64,000 nt of DNA. It comes from a virus. Shown one piece after another: positions 36,764 through 46,962 of the stretch. Below the pieces are notes generated by a model. It was given only the letters and a program-made list of their open reading frames with translations. It was not told the DNA's origin and did no database searches. Within the stretch, counting starts at the first letter, position 1. Each line of letters opens with the position of its first letter. The DNA is taken from the IMG/VR virus record IMGVR_UViG_3300023174_000056, positions 64,001 to 128,000 of that record, one strand, 5' to 3'. The position numbers and the translations under genes were made by a program.

Positions 36764-37768
36764 TTATAGATCCAATTTTAATTTAAAAGTAAAATCTCTT
36801 GACTCTGTTTTTCTTACTGGTTTTGCTAATTTAGCAACTCCAATAACATTTTTTTCTTCATCGTAAATTAAAATTTTACTTATATAAGTTTCTTTATGAA
36901 AACTAGCTGTTGGAGACAGATATAAATTTTTTGTAATATTCTTCAATTCCAGGTCTGCTGGCTCTTGGTAAGACTTACTACCAGTAAAAATTGTTGTGCC
37001 AACATCTTGCTCCCTTTTTACAAACGTATAATTTGTAGAATTGTTTAATTCGCCCTTTGGTGCATGTGCAAGTAAGGTTAATTGTGGAATTTTATTTATA
37101 CCATCAAATTCTATATCATAGCTGGAACTTATAACAGAATCTTTTATTAAATTTTTGCTAATACCCCAGTTGGTCCATCGAACATAATCTGGATTTGTAA
37201 CTGCAAAATCTTTTGAATAAAATTTTTCTTGATAGCTAGAAATTGCAGTATTATCAAATAAAGCTATAAGACCTTCATCATATAGCACAACACCAGCAAC
37301 ATTTTTAAAATTTGATTCTAATACTGTAGAGCCGGTTGTTTGAATTAATTCTCCATTGTGGTATACGTCTTCTATTTTTGATAATAATACTCCATCAGAG
37401 TATATGCTTAATTTAACAGTACCCTTAGAAATAGTATCTCCGTAAAAAATACTTGGTATGCTAACTAGACAAATATTATCTGTATTAAAATTGGCATAAC
37501 TTGAAGAAAATTGATAAAAATCACTGTATCGTGAGTATCTCCTAAAAAGAGGCTCCAGTGTTTTTAATCTAATCCTGGATGGATTGCCATATTGTGATGC
37601 CAAAACATCTGATTGATTTGGGAAAAAATCAATGCTTATTGAAGAAGTTAAAGGGTAATCTTGCTGAAATATCCCTCCATACCCTAATGTATTAGCCTCA
37701 ACAGAATCTACAGAACTAAATCTATCTAAATTTGAACTTTTAACAATATATCTGTAGTAATTTGACAT
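36764..37768 (-). CDS. Baseplate/fibre-attachment protein, paralog of 38018..39130
   Basis: C-terminal YISKILIYDEEKNVIGVAKLAKPVRK....FKLKLD. Confidence 0.6.
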   Translation of the reverse strand: MSNYYRYIVKSSNLDRFSSVDSVEANTLGYGGIFQQDYPLTSSISIDFFPNQSDVLASQYGNPSRIRLKTLEPLFRRYSRYSDFYQFSSSYANFNTDNICLVSIPSIFYGDTISKGTVKLSIYSDGVLLSKIEDVYHNGELIQTTGSTVLESNFKNVAGVVLYDEGLIALFDNTAISSYQEKFYSKDFAVTNPDYVRWTNWGISKNLIKDSVISSSYDIEFDGINKIPQLTLLAHAPKGELNNSTNYTFVKREQDVGTTIFTGSKSYQEPADLELKNITKNLYLSPTASFHKETYISKILIYDEEKNVIGVAKLAKPVRKTESRDFTFKLKLDL

Positions 37769-37772
37769 GTCA

Positions 37773-38015
37773 TTATATTAGTGGTAAATATTGAGAATTA
37801 CAATCTTGGCTAAAATCTAGGTTATTTTCGCAAGTAGAAGGTGTTACGCCTTCTCCCAAATTTAAATCATTTAATGCAGCGTGTCCTTTAGGAACTGTAT
37901 CGGCAAAGTCTGTTTTATAAAAAACATCTCCATTAAAAATAGAAAATTTGCAATGAGGTTTTGTTTTTATAACATTTACAAAATAATCATTTTGTTCAAA
38001 TTTTCTAATTGGCAT
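37773..38015 (-). CDS. Small hypothetical virion protein
   Basis: 80-aa ORF tightly packed in the operon. Confidence 0.55.
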   Translation of the reverse strand: MPIRKFEQNDYFVNVIKTKPHCKFSIFNGDVFYKTDFADTVPKGHAALNDLNLGEGVTPSTCENNLDFSQDCNSQYLPLI

Positions 38016-38017
38016 TT

Positions 38018-39130
38018 TTATACATCCAATCTAACTCTTAAGATGAGAGAATCATCTGGAGTCTTCTTTAACGGCTCTGATAATTTTGCTACAGCCAATA
38101 ATTCTTCATCAACCGAATAAAGACCTACTGTTGTTATATAAGAAACTGGTGCATCTGTGGCTGTTTTCTTGACAACAATCTGGCTACCGCTCAAATATGT
38201 TGGGTTTGAGGAGTAATTAAATTCATTGTGATTTGCACGGCAGAAATAAATTGTTGAATTTAGCTCAGTTGTATTATTAAAGCTAATATTTTGTACTCTA
38301 GTTCTTAATGCATTGGCAATACCATCAATTGAAGCACTAGCAAACAATTGTTGAATTGTGCCAGAAACTATTGTAGTACCATTAGTTCCAGACACGGCTG
38401 CTGAATCAGCTAGTTGTCCTTTTTCTGAAACATATAAGCTTTCAGTCTCTTTCACAGTATCATCAAATCCTTCAAAAACGCCAGCAGAAAGAACAACAAC
38501 TCCAGCTTGATAAAAAATCAAACCAGCGTTTGTATACGTTGGGTTGCCAGCTCCACCGGCAGTTTTTAGAAGAACACCATATTCACCAGTTGGTGAATCT
38601 ACATAATAACTATTTGCAGCGGCGCTATCATCGATTGTAATCGTAGATGCAAATGGGGTAGCAGAACTACTTGCAGCACCAAGGACCATTTGGAATGTTC
38701 CTTTTTTAATCTCATCTTTTACTAATAATCTAGAAAAATTCAAAAAATAACAGTTTTGAAATATAGGTTCTGCAAAAATTGTATTTTTTGAATCTAATTG
38801 TTTAATGCTGCTGGTTGCATCATAGCCAACTAATAGTTGTGCCATTTGATTATAAATATTTTTTTTCTTTCCTTGTTGGATAACAGAAGGAAACACAGCA
38901 TCGATTTGACTTGATCTGCCGACAGTTATATCAAATAAAGCGTTTGCTGATGAACTTTGGTGTGGGTAATCATATACCGTCTGGAACATACCGTGAGTGT
39001 ATGTTTTAATGTTATTTGTACCATAAACTGAGCTGCTAACCAAAGTACCAGTGATTGGGATAGCCTCGTATAGAGGGGTTCTAGTAACTGCAACATCTTC
39101 AGATGATAGTCTTTTAAAAGTAGAAGCCAT
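38018..39130 (-). CDS. Baseplate/fibre-attachment protein
   Basis: YFCRA...EFNYSSNPT and YITTVGLYSVDEELLAVAKLSEPLKK...RVRLD. Confidence 0.65.
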   Translation of the reverse strand: MASTFKRLSSEDVAVTRTPLYEAIPITGTLVSSSVYGTNNIKTYTHGMFQTVYDYPHQSSSANALFDITVGRSSQIDAVFPSVIQQGKKKNIYNQMAQLLVGYDATSSIKQLDSKNTIFAEPIFQNCYFLNFSRLLVKDEIKKGTFQMVLGAASSSATPFASTITIDDSAAANSYYVDSPTGEYGVLLKTAGGAGNPTYTNAGLIFYQAGVVVLSAGVFEGFDDTVKETESLYVSEKGQLADSAAVSGTNGTTIVSGTIQQLFASASIDGIANALRTRVQNISFNNTTELNSTIYFCRANHNEFNYSSNPTYLSGSQIVVKKTATDAPVSYITTVGLYSVDEELLAVAKLSEPLKKTPDDSLILRVRLDV

Positions 39131-39145
39131 TTTTGTTTCCTTATA

Positions 39146-40072
39146 TTATTGTTTCTTTAAGAAAGATACTGGTACGCTTACAGAATAACCTGTTGTAGCA
39201 CCAGTGACAGTGACGATTGTTTTTATAACTTTGTATGAAACGCTTGGAGATCCAATACTAACTTGTTGACCAAAGGTATCAAACAAATAAGTACTTGTTT
39301 GTGTTTCTAGTGATGAACGAATGCTAAATTTAATTGCTGAACCTTTTGGACCAGCAATGACGCTAGCTTTATTATTTTCAGTAGAAATAGCAGGTCCATC
39401 TAGAACATACGCTGGGTCTGTTGTTAGTGAGAAGTAATATTGTGCAATATTATCGTCGTCAACAAATGATTTAGCGGCCTCAGAAATATTGTTTTGGTTG
39501 CTATCAACTGTTATAATTGTTCCAAGGCGATTATCAATTTCAACCATATACTGTGTTTCTTTTAAGTCTTGGTCGATTGGAAAGTTAAAATTAATAGCAG
39601 TTGTGTCTAAACCTTGGTGAAGTTCAATAAAAGAAGAATTGTTTATGCTATATCCACGGATTAAGCCATCAACAACTGTTGATCCTGCGTTAAATGCTTC
39701 TTCTGTTTGCTGATCAACCAAAATAACAAATGTATTTTTGATAAAATCAGATCCATTTGTATAAGTTGGGCTTTTTAGTTTAATAACTGGTAAAAATAAT
39801 AAATTTGTTCTTGGGATTGTAAGTAGCTTACTGTTCAATGAAGCAATATTATTTGTAAATGCTTCTAACACTGGTGTTTGTAAAATATCTAAATCGTAAT
39901 ATGCACTACCGCTTGAGCTTGTAGGGTTATATAAACCATAATTGATCTCATCATCTCCGAGAGCAAATTGTGTTATCTTAAAACTACCATCTCCACGTGC
40001 AAGACGTTGACGGCCAGCGTCAGTTAATACTGCATCTAAAATTATATCACCAGAATTATCTAAAAATGCCAT
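39146..40072 (-). CDS. Baseplate/fibre-attachment protein
   Basis: DAVLTDAGRQRLARG..FKITQFALGDDEINY N-terminus. Confidence 0.65.
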   Translation of the reverse strand: MAFLDNSGDIILDAVLTDAGRQRLARGDGSFKITQFALGDDEINYGLYNPTSSSGSAYYDLDILQTPVLEAFTNNIASLNSKLLTIPRTNLLFLPVIKLKSPTYTNGSDFIKNTFVILVDQQTEEAFNAGSTVVDGLIRGYSINNSSFIELHQGLDTTAINFNFPIDQDLKETQYMVEIDNRLGTIITVDSNQNNISEAAKSFVDDDNIAQYYFSLTTDPAYVLDGPAISTENNKASVIAGPKGSAIKFSIRSSLETQTSTYLFDTFGQQVSIGSPSVSYKVIKTIVTVTGATTGYSVSVPVSFLKKQ

Positions 40073-40096
40073 TTTTATATCCTCTTTTTTGTACTA

Positions 40097-40104
40097 TAAC
40101 TAGT
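40097..40104 (-). promoter_or_regulatory. ACTAGTTA motif, putative late promoter
   Basis: Variant motif upstream of 39146..40072. Confidence 0.55.
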
Positions 40105-40133
40105 ATTCATGTTTAATTTTGTTAAAAAACTTA

Positions 40134-42701
40134 TTATCGTCTGACAATTCTAACAACAGCAGAGTTTAATTTTTCTGATATTGTCTCTTCACTTCCTATA
40201 GGTCTTGTTTCTTTGGCGGCTTTTTTGCCAGCATTGTCAGGTAAAACGGCAGTTGCGCCATTTAATATAGTTCTTGCGCCAATTTTCATAGAAAAATTAA
40301 TATCTATTTTACGTCCTGTTTGTTTTGAAGTTAAGCGAATTTTATATTTTTTATCCCATACTGTTGGACCAACACCAAAAGAAGGATTAATTGGAGCAGT
40401 TGATGGATCTTCTACTTTGTTTAGTAGAGTTTGAGTATATGATGGCGTTAGATATAGGTATTTTTTAAGACTTTTGCTTCCAACTACACCAGCATCATCT
40501 TTGAATTCATGTACAGATATTATTGGATAATAAACACCGCTATTATAGACTATTTCAATTTTGTACACAACAGTTGGGTTTGATTTTAAATTATTTTCGC
40601 CAACTTGTCTAAAAATATAATAATATTTTTTATTGTATTCTAAAGTATCAATAAATGATTCTGCTTGGATTGTTGTATATAATTGATTTTTAAAATCTTC
40701 GTATTTATATGGTTCTTTATCTATTCTAAATATTTCATACACTGATGGCGTTTTATTATAAATTGTAGGATCTGTATTTTGCATACCTGCTAAATCGCCA
40801 TTATAATCTATGGAATTCTTAAAGCCAAATTCAATACGTCCGTCTGGGAACCTTAGAGAATTAGCTTCTACAAATCGAATTGTGTCTCCATCGCTATCTA
40901 ATAATGGTACAAAATAATCTTTATAAAAATCAATCGTAGGTTGGAAATTAAATTTAATTTTATTTTTTAAGTCTTTATATGGGATTGGAGTTACAATTGG
41001 GGAAGTCGGAGGTCTTACTGGCTCCGGTACAAAAGAGTTCATTACAAGATCATCTTCTCCAAGTACTGGTATTTCAAAGACGTAAAGTAATTGTTTTGTA
41101 GTGACTTCTAAAATTGTTGGTTGTATTGCAGCAGCTTTTATGCCTAAATTAGTATCTTGTGTTTGTTTTGCCGTTGATGGTACTAATCTAGATAATTTAT
41201 TTAAGCCAACTTGCTCTAAAGTTTTTAAAGTTTCTAAAGAAGAAGGACTAGTATTTTGCTGTATTACCGTAAATTGTGAAGTTGTTTGTAATTGATTATT
41301 AGATTGAATAACTATTTGTGGAGGATTAATTGTATCTTGCAAAGTAGCTTGATTATTTTTTTGTTTTTTACCTTTGTTATCGATAGAGCCTAGGGAATAC
41401 TTATACTGATTTCCTATTGCTAAAACATAATAATATGTGTTATACTGGTACTCCTCAGCGTCAATTATTTGCGTGTCAATAAATTTTAGTAAATCCTCTT
41501 TTGTATTTTCAAAATAGTATGTTTGTACTACTCCAACTCCTTTTTTTTCTTTCTCTATTTTTATACCTACAACTTCCGTATAGCAATCTTTACCGGACAA
41601 TATTTCATACCAATTTCTAGTATTTTTAGAAGTAATAAAAGTAGATTTACCTAATAATATTCTTGATAGCAAGTTAGATAAAAAAACATTATCTCCAGTT
41701 GCTGGTAGCGAATCGTTTGTCTTATTTCCTATATAAAATGCATTTGAATTTTGGCTAAAATCAAAATATCTATTATTATTTATATCTGCGCTATTTTTTA
41801 ATATGTTTTCAAGCCATTCTGTGTAATCAAAGTATTTTATGCTATTATTTGTTGTTAATGACGCAACGATATCTACAGACCCAGTAGCACTTTCTACATC
41901 AAAATAAGGATGAATGTATCTTTTTAATTTATTAAACGGTAAAGCAGGAGACGAATCAGAACTACCAATTTCAACCATCTTAGATAAGAAATTTAATCCA
42001 TAATAAGTTTCATCAATTGCGCTAATAAAATCACCAGATGCATATTTATAAAAATCTACAGATGTATAATTTGGAAATAACTCTGCTGTAACTTCGCTAT
42101 ATGGAACATCTTTTGGATTAAAAGCAATTGTTTTTAATTTATCTTTATATTTTTTATCAAAAACATCTTTCCATTTTTCAAATGTTTTAACATAATTGCT
42201 ATAAAACGTATTAATGGTTTTTTTATCAAACAAAAAATCATCAATTTGATAGCCATTTGTAACGATATTTTCAATATCAGGGTTGTCTCTAATGTCTTTA
42301 GAAATAAGCAGATAATAGTTTAATAAATTTAATTCATCATTATAGTCTTTAGCTAATTTATTATATTCACTATTATAAAAATTAATTTTGTTAGTTATTT
42401 CTAATTTTGATGCTGGACCTACATTTGAGAATGTGCTCAACTCTTTATTTTTAATAACAAACGGAGATGATATTTCAAAAATAAAATCTTTGTATGTCTT
42501 GGTTAAATCAATATCTTGAATCAAGCTAGCATCTGGAACAAGCAAATAATACTTGCCGTCTTTATCTTTGGAAAATTTTTTTACATTCGATGAATCAATT
42601 GAAATACTGTTATTACCCTGAACCCATTCATTCTTGTATAATTTTCTAATTTGATCTTCATCTGTAAAAAAATAAAAATTTGAATCACCGACTTTTTTCA
42701 T
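40134..42701 (-). CDS. Large hypothetical protein, probably baseplate-associated
   Basis: 855-aa ORF with FN3-like D...Y.YY segments; baseplate context. Confidence 0.55.
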   Translation of the reverse strand: MKKVGDSNFYFFTDEDQIRKLYKNEWVQGNNSISIDSSNVKKFSKDKDGKYYLLVPDASLIQDIDLTKTYKDFIFEISSPFVIKNKELSTFSNVGPASKLEITNKINFYNSEYNKLAKDYNDELNLLNYYLLISKDIRDNPDIENIVTNGYQIDDFLFDKKTINTFYSNYVKTFEKWKDVFDKKYKDKLKTIAFNPKDVPYSEVTAELFPNYTSVDFYKYASGDFISAIDETYYGLNFLSKMVEIGSSDSSPALPFNKLKRYIHPYFDVESATGSVDIVASLTTNNSIKYFDYTEWLENILKNSADINNNRYFDFSQNSNAFYIGNKTNDSLPATGDNVFLSNLLSRILLGKSTFITSKNTRNWYEILSGKDCYTEVVGIKIEKEKKGVGVVQTYYFENTKEDLLKFIDTQIIDAEEYQYNTYYYVLAIGNQYKYSLGSIDNKGKKQKNNQATLQDTINPPQIVIQSNNQLQTTSQFTVIQQNTSPSSLETLKTLEQVGLNKLSRLVPSTAKQTQDTNLGIKAAAIQPTILEVTTKQLLYVFEIPVLGEDDLVMNSFVPEPVRPPTSPIVTPIPYKDLKNKIKFNFQPTIDFYKDYFVPLLDSDGDTIRFVEANSLRFPDGRIEFGFKNSIDYNGDLAGMQNTDPTIYNKTPSVYEIFRIDKEPYKYEDFKNQLYTTIQAESFIDTLEYNKKYYYIFRQVGENNLKSNPTVVYKIEIVYNSGVYYPIISVHEFKDDAGVVGSKSLKKYLYLTPSYTQTLLNKVEDPSTAPINPSFGVGPTVWDKKYKIRLTSKQTGRKIDINFSMKIGARTILNGATAVLPDNAGKKAAKETRPIGSEETISEKLNSAVVRIVRR

Positions 42702-42713
42702 TTTATTTTCTCT

Positions 42714-45700
42714 TTATTGTGTTTTATAGCTTACTATTAATACATTCTCGTTTTGTGTTCCTCTAAAACCTTTTACACCAACACGGTCTAAAACGCTTGG
42801 AACCTTATAAAATCTAGCGTCAGTGTATTGATCTGCTTGATCGCCTAATTCATATCTTATATCAATTTCTTCAAAAATTTTGTCTGGGTTCGTAAATATA
42901 TCTGTCACTTCCCCATCAGATTCGGCTCTTATTGTTAACCAAGCACCTGGTTCTAGTTTTCCTTTAGAATTTTTAAAATAATCAATTTTACTAAAATCCC
43001 CAACATTTGCCAATTGTGACTGTGGCATTGTTGGAACTAAATATAGATAAACTAATGGATCGCCCTTTTTAAACTTAGTACCAAGGAATGGGGCTGTTAT
43101 ATTTCCGTCTTTTTCAAAAGTAAGATATATTGCATTTTCAAATTGTTGTTTAAGCAAACCAAGCATTGATGGAGTGTAACCAGACGAATCTTTTGTTTCG
43201 TCCGCAATTTGTCCGTACTCTGGGACGCCCGTGAAGCTTAAAAAGTTATTTAACTTTACATTCCTTGTTATAGCGGTATTGAGTACTGGTACAAGATATG
43301 GTTTTGAAGGCTCTACTGCATAAAATGTAATACTTGGCTTTTCTACTATTGCCACAATATCAATTGGAGTAGTCTGGTCTACAACTGCACCCTTTGAATG
43401 TGAATAAATAAAATGCTGATTATGTACGGGCACATTACCATAAGTTGGCGAAGTCAAAAATGCCTTATCATTTACATATGGTCTAAGGAAGCATAGATAA
43501 TTGCCGTTTTTTTCATCGTTTGAAAATCTCGTATATACAGGATCTTTTAATATATAAACGCCTTTATGTTTTTTAAAAGAAATTTTCTCAACTTCTCTAA
43601 CAGTTTCGTACATTAATTTAAATTTGCTGGTTTTCCTTAGATTGATAGTAGAAAATTCTGAATTTGCTGGTAAAAACAGCGGACTTTCACCAGAAGAAAA
43701 ATTTTCTTGATTAGAATAATAGCTTAATTTTGCTTCAAAAATTGTCTTAACACTTTTATTTGTCTCATCCCCTATGGTAGTTGAATCGTTTAGAATTCCT
43801 GCTGTTAGCTTATAAAGCACACCAGAATCAATAAAATATAAAAGCTCTGATAAAATAGCTTCTGCTCTGTCTTCTCCATAAAGATTTTTTGTTTTTTCGT
43901 CAATAGCGTTTTGAATAAAAAATTCATCAAATAAGGTGCTTGTAGATATATCGTTAAGCTGTAAAATAGTTAAATCTGATGCTATTTTTTTAAGAGCAGC
44001 AACACCTTTTGTAGAAATAAGGTTCTCTTCTTTTAAGCTGTATAAATAAGCTTCAAATTCTTTTTTACCGTACAAGCTTAATAAGAAATCAACAGAAGCG
44101 TATGCAGAGTATTTAACTTCGTTTGACTGCTTAACGGCTTCTAATTCGTTTATTTTTTGTAGATCAAGCTTATAAAGTTGTTTATTGAAATCTTTGTAAG
44201 TAATATATTTTAAAAATTGATTAAATTTTGTATTCTGTATCTCTGAATCGAGGACACTAGAAAGCCCGTAACTCTTACTTTGGTTTTTATTAAAAAAATC
44301 AAGTCCAAAGCAATTTGTAGTTGTGGCATCTGCGATAAAATTATTGAAAACAACTTCTGTTTTAATTGTTTGTATGAAATTTGGTACAGAATTTAGAGAT
44401 GGGCTAGAAGAATTATATGATGCTGGTAATTCTGATAAACCATTATTTGGATTTATGCTTTTAGTGGATAAAATTTTATTTATATTTTCAAATAATTGTT
44501 CATAAAGTTTTAAAAATCCTTCTACACCTTCTGGATTACCTGTTTCTGGCTTTATTCCATAATAAATACTTGAGGCTAAACGTTCAATATGCTCTTGTAA
44601 ATCTATTTTATCTTTTTTAATTTTATCAGTATCTAGAAAAATTACATAAGTTCTTAAAAATCCAAGAATATTTTTAACTGCTTCTTCGCTAGAAAATATA
44701 TCTTGCAAGCCACTAGAAAAACGGTTTTCCGAAGCTATGTAAAAGCCCTCTTTTAAGTTTGCTAGATTTGTTTCTTTAAAAATATATTCACTTGCAACAT
44801 CAATATGTGGGTTTTCATCATATACATTTTCTGCTTGCAAATAAGGAATTGATGATATTTTTTGGTAAGCTTTTAAATAATTGTAACTTTTTAATAAGTA
44901 ATCATTTATTTTTTGTAAAATAGCATATGCAGGATCTACTATTTCTATTGAAAATTTGTACTTATATCTACCATTTGTAATATTTTTGAATGTTGTATCC
45001 ATTCCACTGAAAAATACAAGCTCGGGAGCATTATTTATAATGCTTGCGTGCAATTGATTATAATTTACTTCTTTTGCCGTAACTCCCTCTAAAATTACTT
45101 TTTCTTCATAATCGCCATATTTGTTTGGAACTTCATTTATTCTAGATAATTTTGCATTTAGGATAAAGCTAGAATTTGTTATGCTTGTATTATTAACAGT
45201 TGCTAGTTCGGCTAACTTACCAATTATTGAATTTTCTTTTAAAAATCTTTTTATATCAAAAAAGAATCCAAATTTAACAACATTTGAAACTTCTTGGTCT
45301 GCAATTTCATAGTATTCTACTTCTTTGCTTTTCTTACGTCTCTTTAATAATAAATTTTCATTGTCGTATGCAGCAAAAAAATCAGAAAAATAATCTAAAT
45401 TTGCTTTTTTTGTTTCTGATAAATTTGAATCATAAATATATTCTGGGATGTTTGTTAAAATTGTTGTATCGACTACGGTATTTGCAATGTCTCTTTCAAT
45501 TTTTCTATTGTTTATAATTCTTTGTATTTCTGGGGTGCCTACAAAATACTCCTCTGTGCCCAAAGAATTATTTAGATCTAAACCGTATTCTTTACAAATT
45601 TCTAAAGAATCGTAATACGATAAAAATACTACAGACAAATGTAAAATATCTTCAATTTTTTCTTTGTAGATATTATTTTCAAATTCAATTACAAATTTAG

Positions 45701-46097
45701 TTAAGTTAGCCTTTTTATCTTCAATCACTTTTTTAAAGTTTTGAAAAGAAAACGTATGTGTTCTATAGTTTTCTAATGCCACTGCCGATAAAGGGTCTTC
45801 AGATAATCTTTTTGCCTCTTGTTCATCTAAACAAATAATTGTTTTAAATTTTAAAAATTTATTTAAAATTTCATTGTTGAACCATGTTCCGCTATTTTGT
45901 ATTTTTTTATAATTGTCAAATAAGTGGAATTTGAATTTAAAATTTAATATGTTTTTGGGGTTTGATGAACCTTTTACTGGTTTTATTAAAGATTCAACCT
46001 CAAAAGAAACATCATTTACTTTTTTTGAAATAACACAGCTATCATAAGTTAACTGTGGAACAGTAGCGGTTGATATTTCGTTTATTAAACTTGTCAT
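42714..46097 (-). CDS. Large hypothetical protein, probably baseplate-associated
   Basis: About 1127 aa; ATG coupled (TAATG) to the upstream gene. Confidence 0.55.
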   Translation of the reverse strand: MTSLINEISTATVPQLTYDSCVISKKVNDVSFEVESLIKPVKGSSNPKNILNFKFKFHLFDNYKKIQNSGTWFNNEILNKFLKFKTIICLDEQEAKRLSEDPLSAVALENYRTHTFSFQNFKKVIEDKKANLTKFVIEFENNIYKEKIEDILHLSVVFLSYYDSLEICKEYGLDLNNSLGTEEYFVGTPEIQRIINNRKIERDIANTVVDTTILTNIPEYIYDSNLSETKKANLDYFSDFFAAYDNENLLLKRRKKSKEVEYYEIADQEVSNVVKFGFFFDIKRFLKENSIIGKLAELATVNNTSITNSSFILNAKLSRINEVPNKYGDYEEKVILEGVTAKEVNYNQLHASIINNAPELVFFSGMDTTFKNITNGRYKYKFSIEIVDPAYAILQKINDYLLKSYNYLKAYQKISSIPYLQAENVYDENPHIDVASEYIFKETNLANLKEGFYIASENRFSSGLQDIFSSEEAVKNILGFLRTYVIFLDTDKIKKDKIDLQEHIERLASSIYYGIKPETGNPEGVEGFLKLYEQLFENINKILSTKSINPNNGLSELPASYNSSSPSLNSVPNFIQTIKTEVVFNNFIADATTTNCFGLDFFNKNQSKSYGLSSVLDSEIQNTKFNQFLKYITYKDFNKQLYKLDLQKINELEAVKQSNEVKYSAYASVDFLLSLYGKKEFEAYLYSLKEENLISTKGVAALKKIASDLTILQLNDISTSTLFDEFFIQNAIDEKTKNLYGEDRAEAILSELLYFIDSGVLYKLTAGILNDSTTIGDETNKSVKTIFEAKLSYYSNQENFSSGESPLFLPANSEFSTINLRKTSKFKLMYETVREVEKISFKKHKGVYILKDPVYTRFSNDEKNGNYLCFLRPYVNDKAFLTSPTYGNVPVHNQHFIYSHSKGAVVDQTTPIDIVAIVEKPSITFYAVEPSKPYLVPVLNTAITRNVKLNNFLSFTGVPEYGQIADETKDSSGYTPSMLGLLKQQFENAIYLTFEKDGNITAPFLGTKFKKGDPLVYLYLVPTMPQSQLANVGDFSKIDYFKNSKGKLEPGAWLTIRAESDGEVTDIFTNPDKIFEEIDIRYELGDQADQYTDARFYKVPSVLDRVGVKGFRGTQNENVLIVSYKTQ

Positions 46098-46951
46098 TAA
46101 CAATCCTCACCAAATGGTGGTTTAACTGTTTTTGTAGGTATAGATGAAATTTCTTTTGATAACTCTTCAAGGCTTATTTCATCATCTACTAAAATGTTAA
46201 AATAATTATCAGCAAGTGTTAAATTTTCATCAATTCTTTCTTCCGGTACTTCACTTTCATCTAATAAGATATTATTAACAACATACTCTTTTGGTTTCCT
46301 GAACTTTATTTGTTCTAAAAATTCTTCATTATTCTGATCTTCTTTTACTTCATAAAGCTCCATATCAAATGATTCTTTTTCAAAATCAACATTAAGCTCG
46401 GAAATGTCTAGTAAAACATACGTATTTTCTATTCTCAAAGCAGACTTATCATTAAAAAAGATGTCTGTACCCTTTTTTTCTTCTTCTGGTTTTATTGTTT
46501 TCACCTCATATTGAACTTTTTTTAAGTTAATTTGAGGAATATCTAAATCATTATTATTTTTAGTATATTTTTGCTCAAAACTCTCCGCTTCGCCACTTAA
46601 GATATTAATCTTCCACGCTGGTTTATAATCTTTATTCAGAGAAGAGTTACCCAATAAATTATTAATAAGACCACTATCCGATTTTTGGTCTAACGGAGAA
46701 ATTTTTTTATTTGTATTATCTACAGAAGTAAATCTTGTTTGAGGTTTAACATATAAACTTTCTTCAAGAATTCTCAAAGAAGACGAAAGCTGTATCTCAT
46801 CGTTAGACTCAGCGTATTTTATATCATAAATAATATCATCATCATGAAAAGTATAATAAGCTGGCTTAAATTTGCCTTCTAGGAGAAGCTTTTTTCCATA
46901 AGGTGTTAATTCTATATTGATTACTTCTTCCTTGCTATCAAAAAAAGACAT
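46097..46951 (-). CDS. Baseplate-associated protein; N-terminus paralogous to 39146..40072
   Basis: IELTPYGKKLL.EG.F...YYTFHDDDIIYD. Confidence 0.55.
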   Translation of the reverse strand: MSFFDSKEEVINIELTPYGKKLLLEGKFKPAYYTFHDDDIIYDIKYAESNDEIQLSSSLRILEESLYVKPQTRFTSVDNTNKKISPLDQKSDSGLINNLLGNSSLNKDYKPAWKINILSGEAESFEQKYTKNNNDLDIPQINLKKVQYEVKTIKPEEEKKGTDIFFNDKSALRIENTYVLLDISELNVDFEKESFDMELYEVKEDQNNEEFLEQIKFRKPKEYVVNNILLDESEVPEERIDENLTLADNYFNILVDDEISLEELSKEISSIPTKTVKPPFGEDC

Positions 46952-46962
46952 ATTTTATCCTC

